From positions 4,154-68,153 of the forward strand of contig JBGSJQ010000095.1 of assembly GCA_041741775.1 (NCBI GenBank): DNA of 64,000 nt, read 5' to 3'. This document shows positions 17,025-27,489 of this stretch, one piece after another. The stretch is from Terrimicrobiaceae bacterium. Its GTDB lineage: Bacteria > Verrucomicrobiota > Verrucomicrobiia > Chthoniobacterales > Terrimicrobiaceae. Numbering within the stretch: the first letter of the stretch is position 1; each line of letters starts with the position of its first letter. The notes under the pieces are model-generated. The model was given only the letters and a program-made list of their open reading frames with translations, made no database searches and was not told the origin of the DNA. The position numbers and the translations under genes were made by a program.

Positions 17025-17998
17025 GATGGTGAGATCTCTGCAATCACGCTTGAGTTCAGGCTTGATTTGAGGAGGTTGCCTTCGCTGTCGCAAGGAAGCG
17101 TGAAGCCAATGGGGCGCACCGTTTCCTCGAAACACAGGGGATATCCCTGCTCAATGGCAGAAAGCGAGGCCTCGGACAAGATGTCATAGTAGAAGGGGCC
17201 TGCTTTTGGGGGAGTATAGATACCGTGTCGTTTTCCACCGCGGATCTTGGCCTTACAACCGAGTTCGTCGTTGATGATGTCGGCCGCCACGGGCCGCATG
17301 AGCAAGGCCTGCTGCCAGTTGAAGCCGCTGTTTTGAAACCGCTCGATCATGTCGTCCTCGGCACCCAGCGAGGAGTCGATCAGGTTCGATTGGGCCGCAC
17401 CCCGGGTTTTCCATGGCCCAAGCTTCTTCCAGCATTCCAGTCGCGTCAGTGAGGGAATTCCCGAAGGGACAACGCCAGGAATCCGCCAGCCACAGGAAAC
17501 GAGCGCCTCCGGCCCGGAGATCCGGCGCGGCAGCCGAAAGGCCCGCCGCCGCCGGACGGCTTCCGCGATGATGCCAACAGACTCTTGAGCACGCGGTGCC
17601 CCAAGAAGCCTCCGATAGGTCTTTCTTCGCAGAAAATTAAGCCCCGTCGAGCCAATCCAGGGATTGTTCTCGAGGGTTTGCACCAGGCGAGCCATCCAGT
17701 CTCCCTCCACGACGAACTGCACATCATCCGGCCAGAGAACAAGGTATTTTCCAGAAGCCCGCTGAACAATTTCATTCATTGCCGCAGCGTGGGTTTGCTC
17801 TCTCGACCACTTATTGGGGATCCAATCGAGCTGGTCGATGTAGGTGCGGAGCCCGGGTTCACGGGACTCGTTGTCGCTGATGATCCATTCAATGTCCGGA
17901 TATTGGATGCAGCGGCGTGCGGATTCCACCGTTGCCCGAAGATAATGGAGGCGGTTCCAACTCAGAAATGCGACGGTGATTCTTGGAAGAGGGGTCAT
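17021..17998 (-). CDS. Glycosyltransferase family 2-like
   Basis: Internal ATG at 17998 (MTPLPRITVAFLSWNRLHYLRATVES...ISDNES) forms an ATGA overlap with the upstream stop. GT-A-like N-terminus. Confidence 0.7.
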   Translation of the reverse strand: MTPLPRITVAFLSWNRLHYLRATVESARRCIQYPDIEWIISDNESREPGLRTYIDQLDWIPNKWSREQTHAAAMNEIVQRASGKYLVLWPDDVQFVVEGDWMARLVQTLENNPWIGSTGLNFLRRKTYRRLLGAPRAQESVGIIAEAVRRRRAFRLPRRISGPEALVSCGWRIPGVVPSGIPSLTRLECWKKLGPWKTRGAAQSNLIDSSLGAEDDMIERFQNSGFNWQQALLMRPVAADIINDELGCKAKIRGGKRHGIYTPPKAGPFYYDILSEASLSAIEQGYPLCFEETVRPIGFTLPCDSEGNLLKSSLNSSVIAEISPS

Positions 17999-18807
17999 GA
18001 TAAAAATGGGCGGGCATCGACGGTTTCCAAAGGGCCACGCCGGTAGAAATCCTGCTTCCACCCCGCGGACGGCTTGCGAGAAAGTAAGCGGTCCGCGTGC
18101 CGCCGCACCTTCCCCCAAAATCCGCACCGATAGATCTCCATGATATTTTCCCGAACCGGAGCCTCGGCGGCGTCGCGGCTGCTTCGCCGCAGGAAGCATG
18201 TGTGAAGGCACCGCAGAGGAGTTTCGTCCCAGCCCAGTGATTCCTGAAAATTGAGTTTCATGTTGTCATCGAAGCCGGGCTGGAAACAAATTTCCCCTCC
18301 ATGGAGGCGCTCGGGCGTTTCCCCGTTCCACGAGCTGATGGCTCCGAAATTGTAAAGCTTCGTGATGCTGCGGCTCGGCGGTGACTGGTAGCCAATAGCC
18401 TCAGATTGGTTCAGTGAGGTGCAATGCAGCACATTGCCCTTCATGCGCCAGATGCCATCAAATTCCCCGGCGAGAAGGCGGGGGCGGAAGCCTGCGAGAC
18501 AATTCGGATCGTAGATTTCATCACCATCAACGCCGAAGACCCATGTGCGGCTTCCGGCGAATGGCTTCAGCAGGTCATGCGACTCCGAAGGGTGGTTCAG
18601 ACGCTGCAGGCTTGCGTGCGGCAGGGTGCGCTCCAAGCTTTCTAAAATCCCCACCGTGCCATCCGTGGAACCGTGGTCGCAAAGGATCAATGTGTCGCAA
18701 AACGCAGCAATGTTCTTCACAGCCTGCGCGACAAAAAGATCCTCATTACGGACGAGGACGATGCCGACGATTTTCGCGGATTCCATGGCTGCTCGGGCGA
18801 CTTTCAC
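17995..18807 (-). CDS. Glycosyltransferase family 2
   Basis: IVGIVLVRNEDLFVAQAVKNI...CDHGSTDGT. ATGA overlaps at both ends. Confidence 0.8.
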   Translation of the reverse strand: MKVARAAMESAKIVGIVLVRNEDLFVAQAVKNIAAFCDTLILCDHGSTDGTVGILESLERTLPHASLQRLNHPSESHDLLKPFAGSRTWVFGVDGDEIYDPNCLAGFRPRLLAGEFDGIWRMKGNVLHCTSLNQSEAIGYQSPPSRSITKLYNFGAISSWNGETPERLHGGEICFQPGFDDNMKLNFQESLGWDETPLRCLHTCFLRRSSRDAAEAPVRENIMEIYRCGFWGKVRRHADRLLSRKPSAGWKQDFYRRGPLETVDARPFLS

Positions 18808-19721
18808 TCTGGAGACGCGATTTCGGCGCGGGCATTCCCCTGCTTAACCGACCTCGACTGCCACCAGAATACCCGTGCCCCCTCGACGAACAGGGCGTCA
18901 TTTTTAAATGGGCCCACATAGTGGCGGCAAACTGCTCCGGGACGGCGGAAATTCGTCCAGCTGATTTCGTATTCCCCGGGCAACTTTCCGCCCTTCCCCC
19001 AAGCCGATCCGGCAACCGCAAAAAATGTCTGCTCAAGGAAATGGAATTCGCGCGCCATCGGAGCGCATCGCTCCAGAAATTTTTCGGCCAGGTCCAAATG
19101 CACCGCCGGCCTCACCATGAGGTCCAGGCCGCTGTTCACCCGCTCCCACACCGGGAATCCCATTGCCGCCTCAATGCCCGCCCGGTCAGAAGAGTATTTT
19201 TCCTTCGTATCTTCCATAAACCAGAAGGTCTCCGGGCGCTTTTCCATCCAGTCCAAAACGAAGTCCGGCTTGCGGAAAAAGACAATGTCGCTGTCAATGA
19301 CGATGTATCGGTCATGCGGCGCAAAATGCCGGGTATCGAAAACTTTTAAAAACCAGGGATGCCGGACCCGGTTTTCGCGGCAGTGGGGGTAGTCGGCAAG
19401 CCCTGCGTCGAGCTCAGAGTCCGCTTCCGCACGGCGGATAATCCTCGCGTCGGGAAAGTTCCTTTGCAATTCGGCCACGTCTTCTTGAGTCAGTGACCCG
19501 TCATCATGGAGGATCGGCGCCCAGGCGAGGCCCGAATGAAATTCCAGACTCCGCAGCGCGAGTTGCCCCATGAGCACCCCGTCGTGCGACAAGACCATGT
19601 GCAGTGAAACCGGCTGGCCGTGGTGAGGGCGAGGGAAGTGCCGCCTCACAGCAGGCAGCGCAAAGTTCATCCGGCAAAAATCAATTGCGGCTCGCCGGAG
19701 CCAGGATGGCAGGATTTTCAC
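18804..19721 (-). CDS. Putative nucleotide-diphospho-sugar (GT-A-like) transferase
   Basis: 305 aa with a D-x-D candidate (YIVIDSDIVFF). Operon context only. Confidence 0.5.
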   Translation of the reverse strand: MKILPSWLRRAAIDFCRMNFALPAVRRHFPRPHHGQPVSLHMVLSHDGVLMGQLALRSLEFHSGLAWAPILHDDGSLTQEDVAELQRNFPDARIIRRAEADSELDAGLADYPHCRENRVRHPWFLKVFDTRHFAPHDRYIVIDSDIVFFRKPDFVLDWMEKRPETFWFMEDTKEKYSSDRAGIEAAMGFPVWERVNSGLDLMVRPAVHLDLAEKFLERCAPMAREFHFLEQTFFAVAGSAWGKGGKLPGEYEISWTNFRRPGAVCRHYVGPFKNDALFVEGARVFWWQSRSVKQGNARAEIASPE

Positions 19722-19883
19722 AGTCAGAGTAGGGAGTTCAACATTTGATTCACGGGATAAATGGATGGGCGGGGGCCGGCCAACTCACTCGCCTGCGCCG
19801 GCTTCAGGTCCGGTCGATTCCGGAACAGGAGAGCAGGAAGCCTTTTGTTGCGGGCCATGCTGTCGATCGCAAAAGAAGGGCAT

Positions 19884-20789
19884 TCATGACCGAGGCATCG
19901 CCTTCAGAATTTGAGCCATAAGGGCGGGGTCCTTCTGCAGAAGGAAATTCCCAAAAAATGGATTCAGACGGCCTTTCGCCATGATTCCCGAGTAAAACAT
20001 AGGGTAGGGGCCGTCGCAAAACACATCGTCAAAAGGAAAATGACGAAGGAGAGCCGCTCTGAGCCGGGGGGAGGGGATCAGGGGATAGAGAGCCATGAGC
20101 TTGTGGAAAAAATACCGCTCCACAATCGAAGAAGCAGCTTGCAGAAAAGAAGGTTCGTGAAGCGCAAGCCGCGACGCCCGGATCTGGTAGCAGGACGCTT
20201 TCGCGGAATCCGGCAGCGAATTTCCCGGACGGGCACAGGCTTTTTCAAAATGCCAGGCGGAGCCATTTTTGTCCGTATCTTCCAGGGCCAGCCGACAGCA
20301 GGCTTCGAGGACGTCCGTCCGCCAAAGGGCGGGGTGCAGGTGGAAACGCGGGTCATCAGCACCCACGAGGTGTTTGAGTTGATGCGATCCAGCGCCGAGC
20401 ACGGGGCTCCGCGAAGGGAAGCGCCGGTTGTCCCATCCCATCAGGCTGATATAGGATGCTGGCAGCGATGCCATGAGGGCTGGCAGCGTGGTATTGAGAT
20501 GCTTCTCATGGCAAACTGACAAAGGGAGATGCTCCTCCAGGATCAGATAAATCAGCTCAAATCCGAGGCCCCGCATCTGCTCAACGCCATCCAGAAGAAC
20601 CTGCGTCCAGTTGGATCGGTCGGTGTTCTTTGCAAGGGGAAGTGCAGGAAGGAATCCGGCCTCGGCTTCCAAGAGACCGCAAAACCAGATTTCAGGGGGA
20701 TTTGTCCAACGCTTCACGAGCGCTTCCATCGTGAACGGGGCGACCCATGTGTAACTCCGCCAGACCGGGACGAGAATGCCGGTTTTCAC
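19884..20789 (-). CDS. Hypothetical protein (glycan-cluster associated)
   Basis: 301-aa ORF with an ATGA overlap to the upstream GT2. No motif recognised. Confidence 0.55.
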   Translation of the reverse strand: MKTGILVPVWRSYTWVAPFTMEALVKRWTNPPEIWFCGLLEAEAGFLPALPLAKNTDRSNWTQVLLDGVEQMRGLGFELIYLILEEHLPLSVCHEKHLNTTLPALMASLPASYISLMGWDNRRFPSRSPVLGAGSHQLKHLVGADDPRFHLHPALWRTDVLEACCRLALEDTDKNGSAWHFEKACARPGNSLPDSAKASCYQIRASRLALHEPSFLQAASSIVERYFFHKLMALYPLIPSPRLRAALLRHFPFDDVFCDGPYPMFYSGIMAKGRLNPFFGNFLLQKDPALMAQILKAMPRS

Positions 20790-21742
20790 TGAGCGTCCGA
20801 CTTTTCGTTAAGCCAAGCCTTGTAAACCTGGCGGCAGGTTGGCGGCGCAACCGGCAGGCGCCTGGAGAGTTTCAGCCGGAGGCGTATCAGGGAGGCCCTC
20901 CAATACCATGGCGTGCGCACACGCAGTTCGTCCGCCTGTTGTAATATGGGGCCGAGAAGGGACCAGGCTTTCTGACGGTGAGTGCGGGTGAGGGCATGGT
21001 CGATCATGTCCCGGTTTCTCACCCCGAGGAATGAGGTGTCGATTCCCCGATGCTTGCACCAGAGGAGGAACTTGAGCTGGAGCTGGAGTCGATACCAAAT
21101 GCTGCCCGCTTCCTGCTGTCCGAGCGAGGTCGGGGTGAAAGTCTTGTCCAAAACCATCCGGTCGCAATGGGCAAAGGCAGCGATCACGCCGCAGCGCAGC
21201 CAGTATTCCGCATCCTCAACCTGCCGGAAATTCTCATCAAATCCTCCCACCTGTTCGTTGAGACGGCGCCGGATCAACGCCGCCCCAGCTGTCGGAATCG
21301 GTGTCCACCAGAAGTGAGCCTTGGCGGGAGCCGGAGGGGAGCCCACGGCATACGGAAGCCCGTGGAGGCGCGTCTCCGTAGCCTCGCCCCGCCGCTGAAG
21401 GACAAACCCATAGACAACCCCCGCGTGCGAGCTTTCGGCTGTGCGAGCGAGGGAGGCAAGGGCATCCGGAGTCAGCACATCATCCGCATCGAGAAAGAGC
21501 AGCCACTCGCCAGAGGTAGCGGCCGCTCCAGTATTCCGGGCGGCCGCAAGTCCCCCATTCGTGCGGCTCACACAGCGCACCTCCCCACCGAATGAGCGCC
21601 CGAGCTCGCCCGTGCCGTCGGTGCTGCCGTCATCCACAATGACGATCTCCGCTGGCGGCCGCGTCTGGGCTCTCACGCTCGCAACGGCTGCTGACAGCCA
21701 TCGCGCGGCATTGAATGCAGGAATGATCACGCTGATTTTCAT
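20786..21742 (-). CDS. Glycosyltransferase family 2
   Basis: MKISVIIPAFNAARWLSAAVASVRAQT...IVIVDDGSTDGT, then LDADD. Confidence 0.9.
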   Translation of the reverse strand: MKISVIIPAFNAARWLSAAVASVRAQTRPPAEIVIVDDGSTDGTGELGRSFGGEVRCVSRTNGGLAAARNTGAAATSGEWLLFLDADDVLTPDALASLARTAESSHAGVVYGFVLQRRGEATETRLHGLPYAVGSPPAPAKAHFWWTPIPTAGAALIRRRLNEQVGGFDENFRQVEDAEYWLRCGVIAAFAHCDRMVLDKTFTPTSLGQQEAGSIWYRLQLQLKFLLWCKHRGIDTSFLGVRNRDMIDHALTRTHRQKAWSLLGPILQQADELRVRTPWYWRASLIRLRLKLSRRLPVAPPTCRQVYKAWLNEKSDAQ

Positions 21743-22737
21743 GCGGTTGCAGCCTTTCGAATAAAATCATCGTAAGAAGGAGGGCGGACCAGAAACCCCA
21801 GATTCTCCAACTGCGCGGTGTCTTTGAGGTGGATCGAGTTTCCGTTCGCAATCCGGAATCCCTCGCCCTCCCTGGACAGGGTTTGCGCATAGGCTTTGTA
21901 TTCCAAGCCTGCGCCGATGTGTTGCCCCCTGCGCACTTCCTCGCGCGCGCGGGCATCAAAGTCCTGAAGGTATTTGAAATGGTAGAGGACCGCGCGCAAC
22001 TCCGCGAATTTCCCGCTTTCCAGGTAATGCTGTCCGTCGGTGAGATACATGTCGCTCTGAAATCGAAACAGCGGAAACTTTGAGCAGCATGCGGAGATTC
22101 CGAACAAACGGTTCCGAACCCCCCCGTGGAATCGGAAGTCCATGCCCGTCCCACGGTGGAAATGTCGGGGAACTTTGGAAAGTGACGACAGCGGATCAAA
22201 AAACCAGTCCTTCGCCAGGTAGTCCTCTCCGGCCCGGTAATCCATGTCTTTCAAAGGGCTGGCGGGATACAAATCCAAAAGGATGGCATGCACGGCATTT
22301 GCCCCGGCCCGATCAAGATAGCGGCATAGCTCCGGGAGTGGGACTTTCTCCGACGACGGATAGACCAGCAGTTCATCTGCATCGGCCACCAGGCACCAGC
22401 GGTTCCGGCCGTGTCTGCGAAGCAGGCAGTCCAGCCAGGGGGCCTTCCCGATGAAATGATGCCGCGAGGAGTAGAGGGTGACATCGCTTTGGGATGCCAG
22501 GTAATCCCTCGTGGAGTCGGTCGAGTTGTTCTCGACGATGACAAAGCGAACCACTCCCAGACGGCGGTAGTAATCGAGGTAGCGCGGCAGTCGCAGCGCT
22601 TCGTTGCGGAGCACTCCGAAAGCAACCGGCCCATCCGTCCCGGGTCCCGCATCGGTGGCTTTTTTCAGCTCCGTCGCCGCCCTCCATCTCGCCAGAATCC
22701 TCCGAGCGGGCGTTGTGAGTTTTTCAAGCGCAGCCAT
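21739..22737 (-). CDS. Glycosyltransferase family 2 (Glyco_tranf_2_4-like)
   Basis: FGVLRNEALRLPRYLDYYRRLGVVRFVIVENNSTDSTRDYL, then ADADELL. Confidence 0.7.
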   Translation of the reverse strand: MAALEKLTTPARRILARWRAATELKKATDAGPGTDGPVAFGVLRNEALRLPRYLDYYRRLGVVRFVIVENNSTDSTRDYLASQSDVTLYSSRHHFIGKAPWLDCLLRRHGRNRWCLVADADELLVYPSSEKVPLPELCRYLDRAGANAVHAILLDLYPASPLKDMDYRAGEDYLAKDWFFDPLSSLSKVPRHFHRGTGMDFRFHGGVRNRLFGISACCSKFPLFRFQSDMYLTDGQHYLESGKFAELRAVLYHFKYLQDFDARAREEVRRGQHIGAGLEYKAYAQTLSREGEGFRIANGNSIHLKDTAQLENLGFLVRPPSYDDFIRKAATA

Positions 22738-23932
22738 GAATCACCAAGGAATAAATTTTTCTCAATTCCGCCATAAACCCATCGCGGTGAAACTCTGCGC
22801 CCGCGGTGCCCGCCAACGCGCGCGATTCTTCCGCCATGCAGAGGATCCCCTGGGGAACATCCAAAAGAGCCCGGACGAGGTCCTGCACATTTCTTTCCTC
22901 CACAAGCCACCCGCCGCCTTCGCGGGCCACCCTGTCGCCCGCCCAGCTTCCCCGGGATGCGATGACAGGTTTCCCGGCCATGCGGGCTTCACAAAAAATT
23001 CCAGAAGTTCTCATGGCGTAAAGATGGAGGTGATAGGGCAGGAGAACCACATCCGATTCGAGAAGTCTTTCCACATAATCCGCATCGCCGAGGGGGGTGG
23101 CGATCCACTCGATGCCAGCCCCTTGCGGAAGATCCCGCCGGAGAACTTCGGCGCAAGCGGGGTCTGGATGATGGCACTGGATGACAAAGCAAAAATCCCC
23201 GCTTCGTCCGGAGGCGTGGATCTGCTGGACGGCGGCAACCACTTCTGCGAACCCCTTCTCACGCCTGGCGTTGCCCGGGGCGTAAATCCTGAACGGACGC
23301 GTCGGCTGTCGGAGGCTCTGCTTCGGAAGGGGGTAGGACAGGATATGAGGCAGGTAGAAAATCTTTGAAGACAGATTCTTCTCAAAAGCGCAGACCAGCT
23401 TCTCGCTGTCCGTCACCAAGACAACCCTTTTTCGGCGTCTCGCCGGCAGGTTCTGGAGTGAATTTCGGATCTCCTCCGAGTCGAATCGCTCGGGGCGGTA
23501 TCCCAAATGGAGAAAAAGCACCGGCGGGGACGGCAAATCTGCCAGCCATCGCAGCCAGTGAAGAAAGTGCCGGGGCGCCAGCATCTGGGCAAAAACGGCA
23601 TCCCCTTCCCTGACAGGGGGAAAGCGCCTCAGATCGCTGCCGAATTGCCGTCCACACCATGCTTCGAGGGCACTGAGGAGGTGGTGATTTCGGGCGATCC
23701 ACACCGGCGGCTCGGCACGGAAATCCGTGCGGAAAATCCCGCAGGAGGGAACTCCGTTCGCGAGGTGTCTGTCGAATGCCCGGTGGGTGACAAGGTGCGC
23801 TTCGATTCCGGCCCTGTTCGCTCCATCGGCCAGCGCCAGGTTGTATCCCAGGTGATGGCCGACGACGTCCCGGAGCAGATGGTCCGCGAGGAAGAGGCGG
23901 ACCGGTGCGCTGGAGTGCTCCGTCACTGGCAT
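22724..23932 (-). CDS. Glycosyltransferase (GT-B, GT4-like)
   Basis: C-terminal SGIFCEARMAGKPVIASRGSWAGD. 402 aa, operon context. Confidence 0.65.
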   Translation of the reverse strand: MPVTEHSSAPVRLFLADHLLRDVVGHHLGYNLALADGANRAGIEAHLVTHRAFDRHLANGVPSCGIFRTDFRAEPPVWIARNHHLLSALEAWCGRQFGSDLRRFPPVREGDAVFAQMLAPRHFLHWLRWLADLPSPPVLFLHLGYRPERFDSEEIRNSLQNLPARRRKRVVLVTDSEKLVCAFEKNLSSKIFYLPHILSYPLPKQSLRQPTRPFRIYAPGNARREKGFAEVVAAVQQIHASGRSGDFCFVIQCHHPDPACAEVLRRDLPQGAGIEWIATPLGDADYVERLLESDVVLLPYHLHLYAMRTSGIFCEARMAGKPVIASRGSWAGDRVAREGGGWLVEERNVQDLVRALLDVPQGILCMAEESRALAGTAGAEFHRDGFMAELRKIYSLVIHGCA

Positions 23933-25065
23933 TCGAGGGGAAGATCGAGGAAACGCGCGACATCCGGCCAGCGGGCCTGCATGCTGTGGCTGGTCTTACT
24001 CATTTCCAGAGACCGGCGGCTCATCGTTTCCCACAGGTCCGGCTTCGAGTAGATCCCAATCAACTCACGAGCCATCGCATCAGGGGTGAATTCGGACACG
24101 ACCACGCCATTGTAATGTTGTTGGATCAATTCCCACGGGCCATTGATGTCGAAGCAGACGGGCACGGTTCCGCAGGCCATGGCCTCCTGGGGGGACATCG
24201 GCCCGCCCTCTCCCCAAAGCGGACTTTTCCCAACATTCAACGCAAGGAATGTCCCGCACTGCTGCATCTGGGATATGATCTCCTTCTCGACACCAGCGAG
24301 TTGGACAAATTCCAGCGAGAGGCCCGCCGCAGCCGTCAGCTCGCGGATCCGTCGGATGAACTCCGCTCCGTGCTCGCCCTCATCGAAAAATCCCACGCGA
24401 GCGGGAATCTGACGTGATGGATCCGGCTTCCAGTGCTCCTCGTCGATGAGTTGGCGCAATACCGCCGCTGGCGTTTCAAAAACGGCCCTGTGAAAGGACT
24501 GGACGGCCCGGTTCACGCCGGCTGTGCGGATAATCCGATCCCGCGCGATCATTCGGGCGAGATCTGGAAAGTGGCTGCGGGACGAGGCGGAGAGTTCCTG
24601 GTCCCAGAAGTAAAAGCGGGGGCAAAGGGTCAGGTAGGGGGAGGCTTTCAGCCAGGATGTCACGCACCGGACATCGGCAGCAGCCCGGATTTTGTCCTCA
24701 AACTGCCCGATGGAAAGAAACGGCGCGTGCTCAGCCAGCCAGTTCGAGTGCTCCCCATCAAGGCTGACCATCCATGCGTCGTAGCCCCGCCTCCGAAGAA
24801 GCAGGATGAGGTTGTTCAGGAGTTTTTCTCCCCCGCAAAACCGGTGGCTGCCCTTCATCTCCTCATCGGTCGCATAGGAGGCAAAGACCATCGGACGGAC
24901 GTGCTTTTCCGCCGGTTTCGCCGCCGGGGGATTTCCCGGCCCCGGGGATACTGGAACGAACGGCCTCAAAATGTCATTGACCGTGTCCTCCCTGAGACTC
25001 CGCAGAAACCTTCGCGCGGCCACGCCCAGGCGGCTCCAGTCAGTCCTCGTTTTCTTGAATTTCAT
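23923..25065 (-). CDS. Glycosyltransferase (GT-B, GT4-like)
   Basis: GEGGPMSPQEAMACGTVPVCFDINGPWELI. 380 aa. Confidence 0.65.
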   Translation of the reverse strand: MKFKKTRTDWSRLGVAARRFLRSLREDTVNDILRPFVPVSPGPGNPPAAKPAEKHVRPMVFASYATDEEMKGSHRFCGGEKLLNNLILLLRRRGYDAWMVSLDGEHSNWLAEHAPFLSIGQFEDKIRAAADVRCVTSWLKASPYLTLCPRFYFWDQELSASSRSHFPDLARMIARDRIIRTAGVNRAVQSFHRAVFETPAAVLRQLIDEEHWKPDPSRQIPARVGFFDEGEHGAEFIRRIRELTAAAGLSLEFVQLAGVEKEIISQMQQCGTFLALNVGKSPLWGEGGPMSPQEAMACGTVPVCFDINGPWELIQQHYNGVVVSEFTPDAMARELIGIYSKPDLWETMSRRSLEMSKTSHSMQARWPDVARFLDLPLECQ

Positions 25066-26288
25066 TTTTTCTGGAATGGCAGGAACTGGAGAAGGCTGCG
25101 TCGCTTTGAAACTTCAGATTTTCGGATCTCCCGCTTTCTTCCGGCCGCATAATCCGCCGGAGCCCTCGAAACAGCCAGCAGAACATCGGCCGGACAGTCC
25201 TGCTCGAAAATTTTTATCGCCTGCCCGGTGGAGCCAAAATGCTGCCATGCCTGCTGCATGGTGGAAAGACTGATATCCCGAATACAATGCGGCCGTTCGT
25301 GAGGACATTCGAAATCACACTGGCGGCATGGCATCGACTGGGTTACCACGATGGCGGGCCCTGAAGAAGGTAAAAACCTGCCCCAGTGTCCGCCGCCAAA
25401 TGTTGCGAGCACCGGCCGCCCCGCTGCGCACGCCAGATGCATCACCCCCGAATCCCTGCCAACATACCCGCAGGACATCGCAGCCAGAGCGAGGGAGATG
25501 GGGATCGGCGGTGGATTGTCTGCCAGATTGACGGAGACAAACCCGCCCGAGCGGATCCGTTCAATGGATTCCCATTCCTTTTCGTTTCCCAGAAAAACCA
25601 CCGGGCGACCGTCGCGGGGAAGCTCGGATGAAAAGAAATTCTTCCAGTTCTCCTCCCCCCAGTCCTTCATCCGGAGTCCGCTTCGGCTGCCAACGCACGC
25701 GATCCAGTAGCCGTTTTCCGAAATCCCGTGCTGACGCAGAATTTTCGAGGCCGAATCGAGGGCTGACCCTTCCGGCACCAGTCGGGGGGCACAAGATGAC
25801 AGGTTTATTCCAGTGATCGCAGACCCCAGGAGGCGGTTTTTCTCAAGTTCCGGCATTTCAACCGGCACCTCGACGCGCGGTTGGAAATTCTTCGACAGAG
25901 CCAGGGAATCAGTGATGGTTCCTGAGGGCCAGAACGGGTCGGCGGTCGAAAATCCCGCGACCGGAATCCTCCATCGGTCGGCTTCAGACCACACCTCGTC
26001 AAAAAAGTTGAGTGCAAAGAGGGCGGCGACATAAAGATCCGGGCGAAATCTGCGGATCGCCTCGTGCTCGGCGCGGAAGGGGTTTCTTTTTCGACGAACT
26101 TCTGGATGGTAGGGATCAGCGCCAATCCCGAGGCACTCCACGTCCGGGAAAACCCCTGATGCCAGATCGAGGGCGGGCCGGCGCAGGAGCAATTGCAGCT
26201 CATGGCCCGCTTCCAGCAGAGCCCGGATCATCGGCATGCGCAGGATAAAATCCCCCAACCCATCCGGACTGCTGATCGTTATTCTCAT
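25062..26288 (-). CDS. Glycosyltransferase family 9 (heptosyltransferase-like)
   Basis: MRITISSPDGLGDFILRMPMIRAL... and GRDSGVMHLACAAGRPVLATFGG. The C-terminal part contains a Cys cluster (CRQCDFECPHERPHC). Confidence 0.8.
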   Translation of the reverse strand: MRITISSPDGLGDFILRMPMIRALLEAGHELQLLLRRPALDLASGVFPDVECLGIGADPYHPEVRRKRNPFRAEHEAIRRFRPDLYVAALFALNFFDEVWSEADRWRIPVAGFSTADPFWPSGTITDSLALSKNFQPRVEVPVEMPELEKNRLLGSAITGINLSSCAPRLVPEGSALDSASKILRQHGISENGYWIACVGSRSGLRMKDWGEENWKNFFSSELPRDGRPVVFLGNEKEWESIERIRSGGFVSVNLADNPPPIPISLALAAMSCGYVGRDSGVMHLACAAGRPVLATFGGGHWGRFLPSSGPAIVVTQSMPCRQCDFECPHERPHCIRDISLSTMQQAWQHFGSTGQAIKIFEQDCPADVLLAVSRAPADYAAGRKREIRKSEVSKRRSLLQFLPFQKK

Positions 26289-26318
26289 GCCTGTGCCTTG
26301 ATGCGAAAGAGGAGAGTG

Positions 26319-26798
26319 CTATTGACCGATGGGGCTTGTCCAAGGCACTGGGAAAAAGCCGCACACGCGGGCCACCCCCGCCGGAACACCTGATTTCAAA
26401 AGTGAGTTGTAAGCCAAAACACTTTCCCGGCAGGAGGCAATGCGCTGCTCGAGATCCGACGTCACCATATGCGCTTGTTCGGATTGCCCGACCAAGTGTC
26501 TCAGGTGGAGAGCTGCCTCCATTACGAGTGGCGCACCATGGGCAGAAACCGGATTCACGGCGCCGCGCAGAGCAAGCGACTCCATATCATGGACTTCTGT
26601 CCATGAAATGGAGGTAGAACGGTTTTCCGCCAGAAAAAGGTGGAGATTTCTTCGCACGAGAAAATCCAGCATCAGGGTTTCCGTGACAAGTCTGCCTCTG
26701 GCTTTCACCAGCGCGTTGTATTTTCCAATTAAGAAGAGCGAAAGGCCGGCCATTCCTGCGGCAGTCGAGGCTAACAATAGTAAAAAAAGGTTTTTCAC
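26319..26798 (-). CDS. LemA-like membrane-anchored protein
   Basis: N-terminal TM segment followed by GKYNALVKARGRL, and a C-terminal SVLAYNSLLKSGVPAGVARVCGF resembling the LemA YN..V..YN pattern. Confidence 0.5.
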   Translation of the reverse strand: MKNLFLLLLASTAAGMAGLSLFLIGKYNALVKARGRLVTETLMLDFLVRRNLHLFLAENRSTSISWTEVHDMESLALRGAVNPVSAHGAPLVMEAALHLRHLVGQSEQAHMVTSDLEQRIASCRESVLAYNSLLKSGVPAGVARVCGFFPVPWTSPIGQ

Positions 26799-26802
26799 AA
26801 AA

Positions 26803-27471
26803 CTAATGTCGTCCCCCCCGAAGAATAAGTCTTATCAGGTCGGTGATCGGTGATGAGGATGTGCCGATGCCGGGAAGCGAAAGGCCGGCCTCGACCACGC
26901 CCGCACCGTTCCGGTGCGCCCAGGCGTTATATTCCCGGATATTGTGACGGAAGTGCGGATCGGTTCGCCTTTTGGAAGCCGGCGACTCCGCATGCGAGAC
27001 GTGATCAATAAACCCGAAGTGGGCCGTATAACGTCCGGACAGCACCGAAGCCCGCGTCAGCCACCAATCGACATGCGTGGCACCGCACCATAAATCGGGA
27101 ATGTTTTTGGACAATTCCTCATCCCAGAAGGAATTTGGAATCAGATACATGTCCACTCCGCCGCAGATGTCCCCGGAGGGAACCTCCCGGCGGTGGAACC
27201 CTCGGACCGTCCGCCCGTCATCCAATGAAAAAGGATCGCCGGTCAGCGTCACGTCGGAGTTGCACCAGACGAAACTGGGTCCATGCGTATTTTTTCGCGC
27301 AAACCAAAGGATATCTGCAAATTTTTCCATGTGAGGTCCGGCCGGAAACAGGGAAGGTTCCAACCCCTGCCTGGTGACGCTCTCACGCAGGCGCTCCTGG
27401 GCCCCGCGCAGCCTTTCGCTCGGGCAGGGATCAATCCACTGGAATGTGATTTGCGGTTTCACGTGATTCAT
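26803..27471 (-). CDS. Hypothetical protein (glycan-cluster associated)
   Basis: 222-aa ORF, 4 nt from the next gene. No motif recognised. Confidence 0.55.
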   Translation of the reverse strand: MNHVKPQITFQWIDPCPSERLRGAQERLRESVTRQGLEPSLFPAGPHMEKFADILWFARKNTHGPSFVWCNSDVTLTGDPFSLDDGRTVRGFHRREVPSGDICGGVDMYLIPNSFWDEELSKNIPDLWCGATHVDWWLTRASVLSGRYTAHFGFIDHVSHAESPASKRRTDPHFRHNIREYNAWAHRNGAGVVEAGLSLPGIGTSSSPITDLIRLILRGGRH

Positions 27472-27489
27472 TGTCGGAGCGCGTGTCGC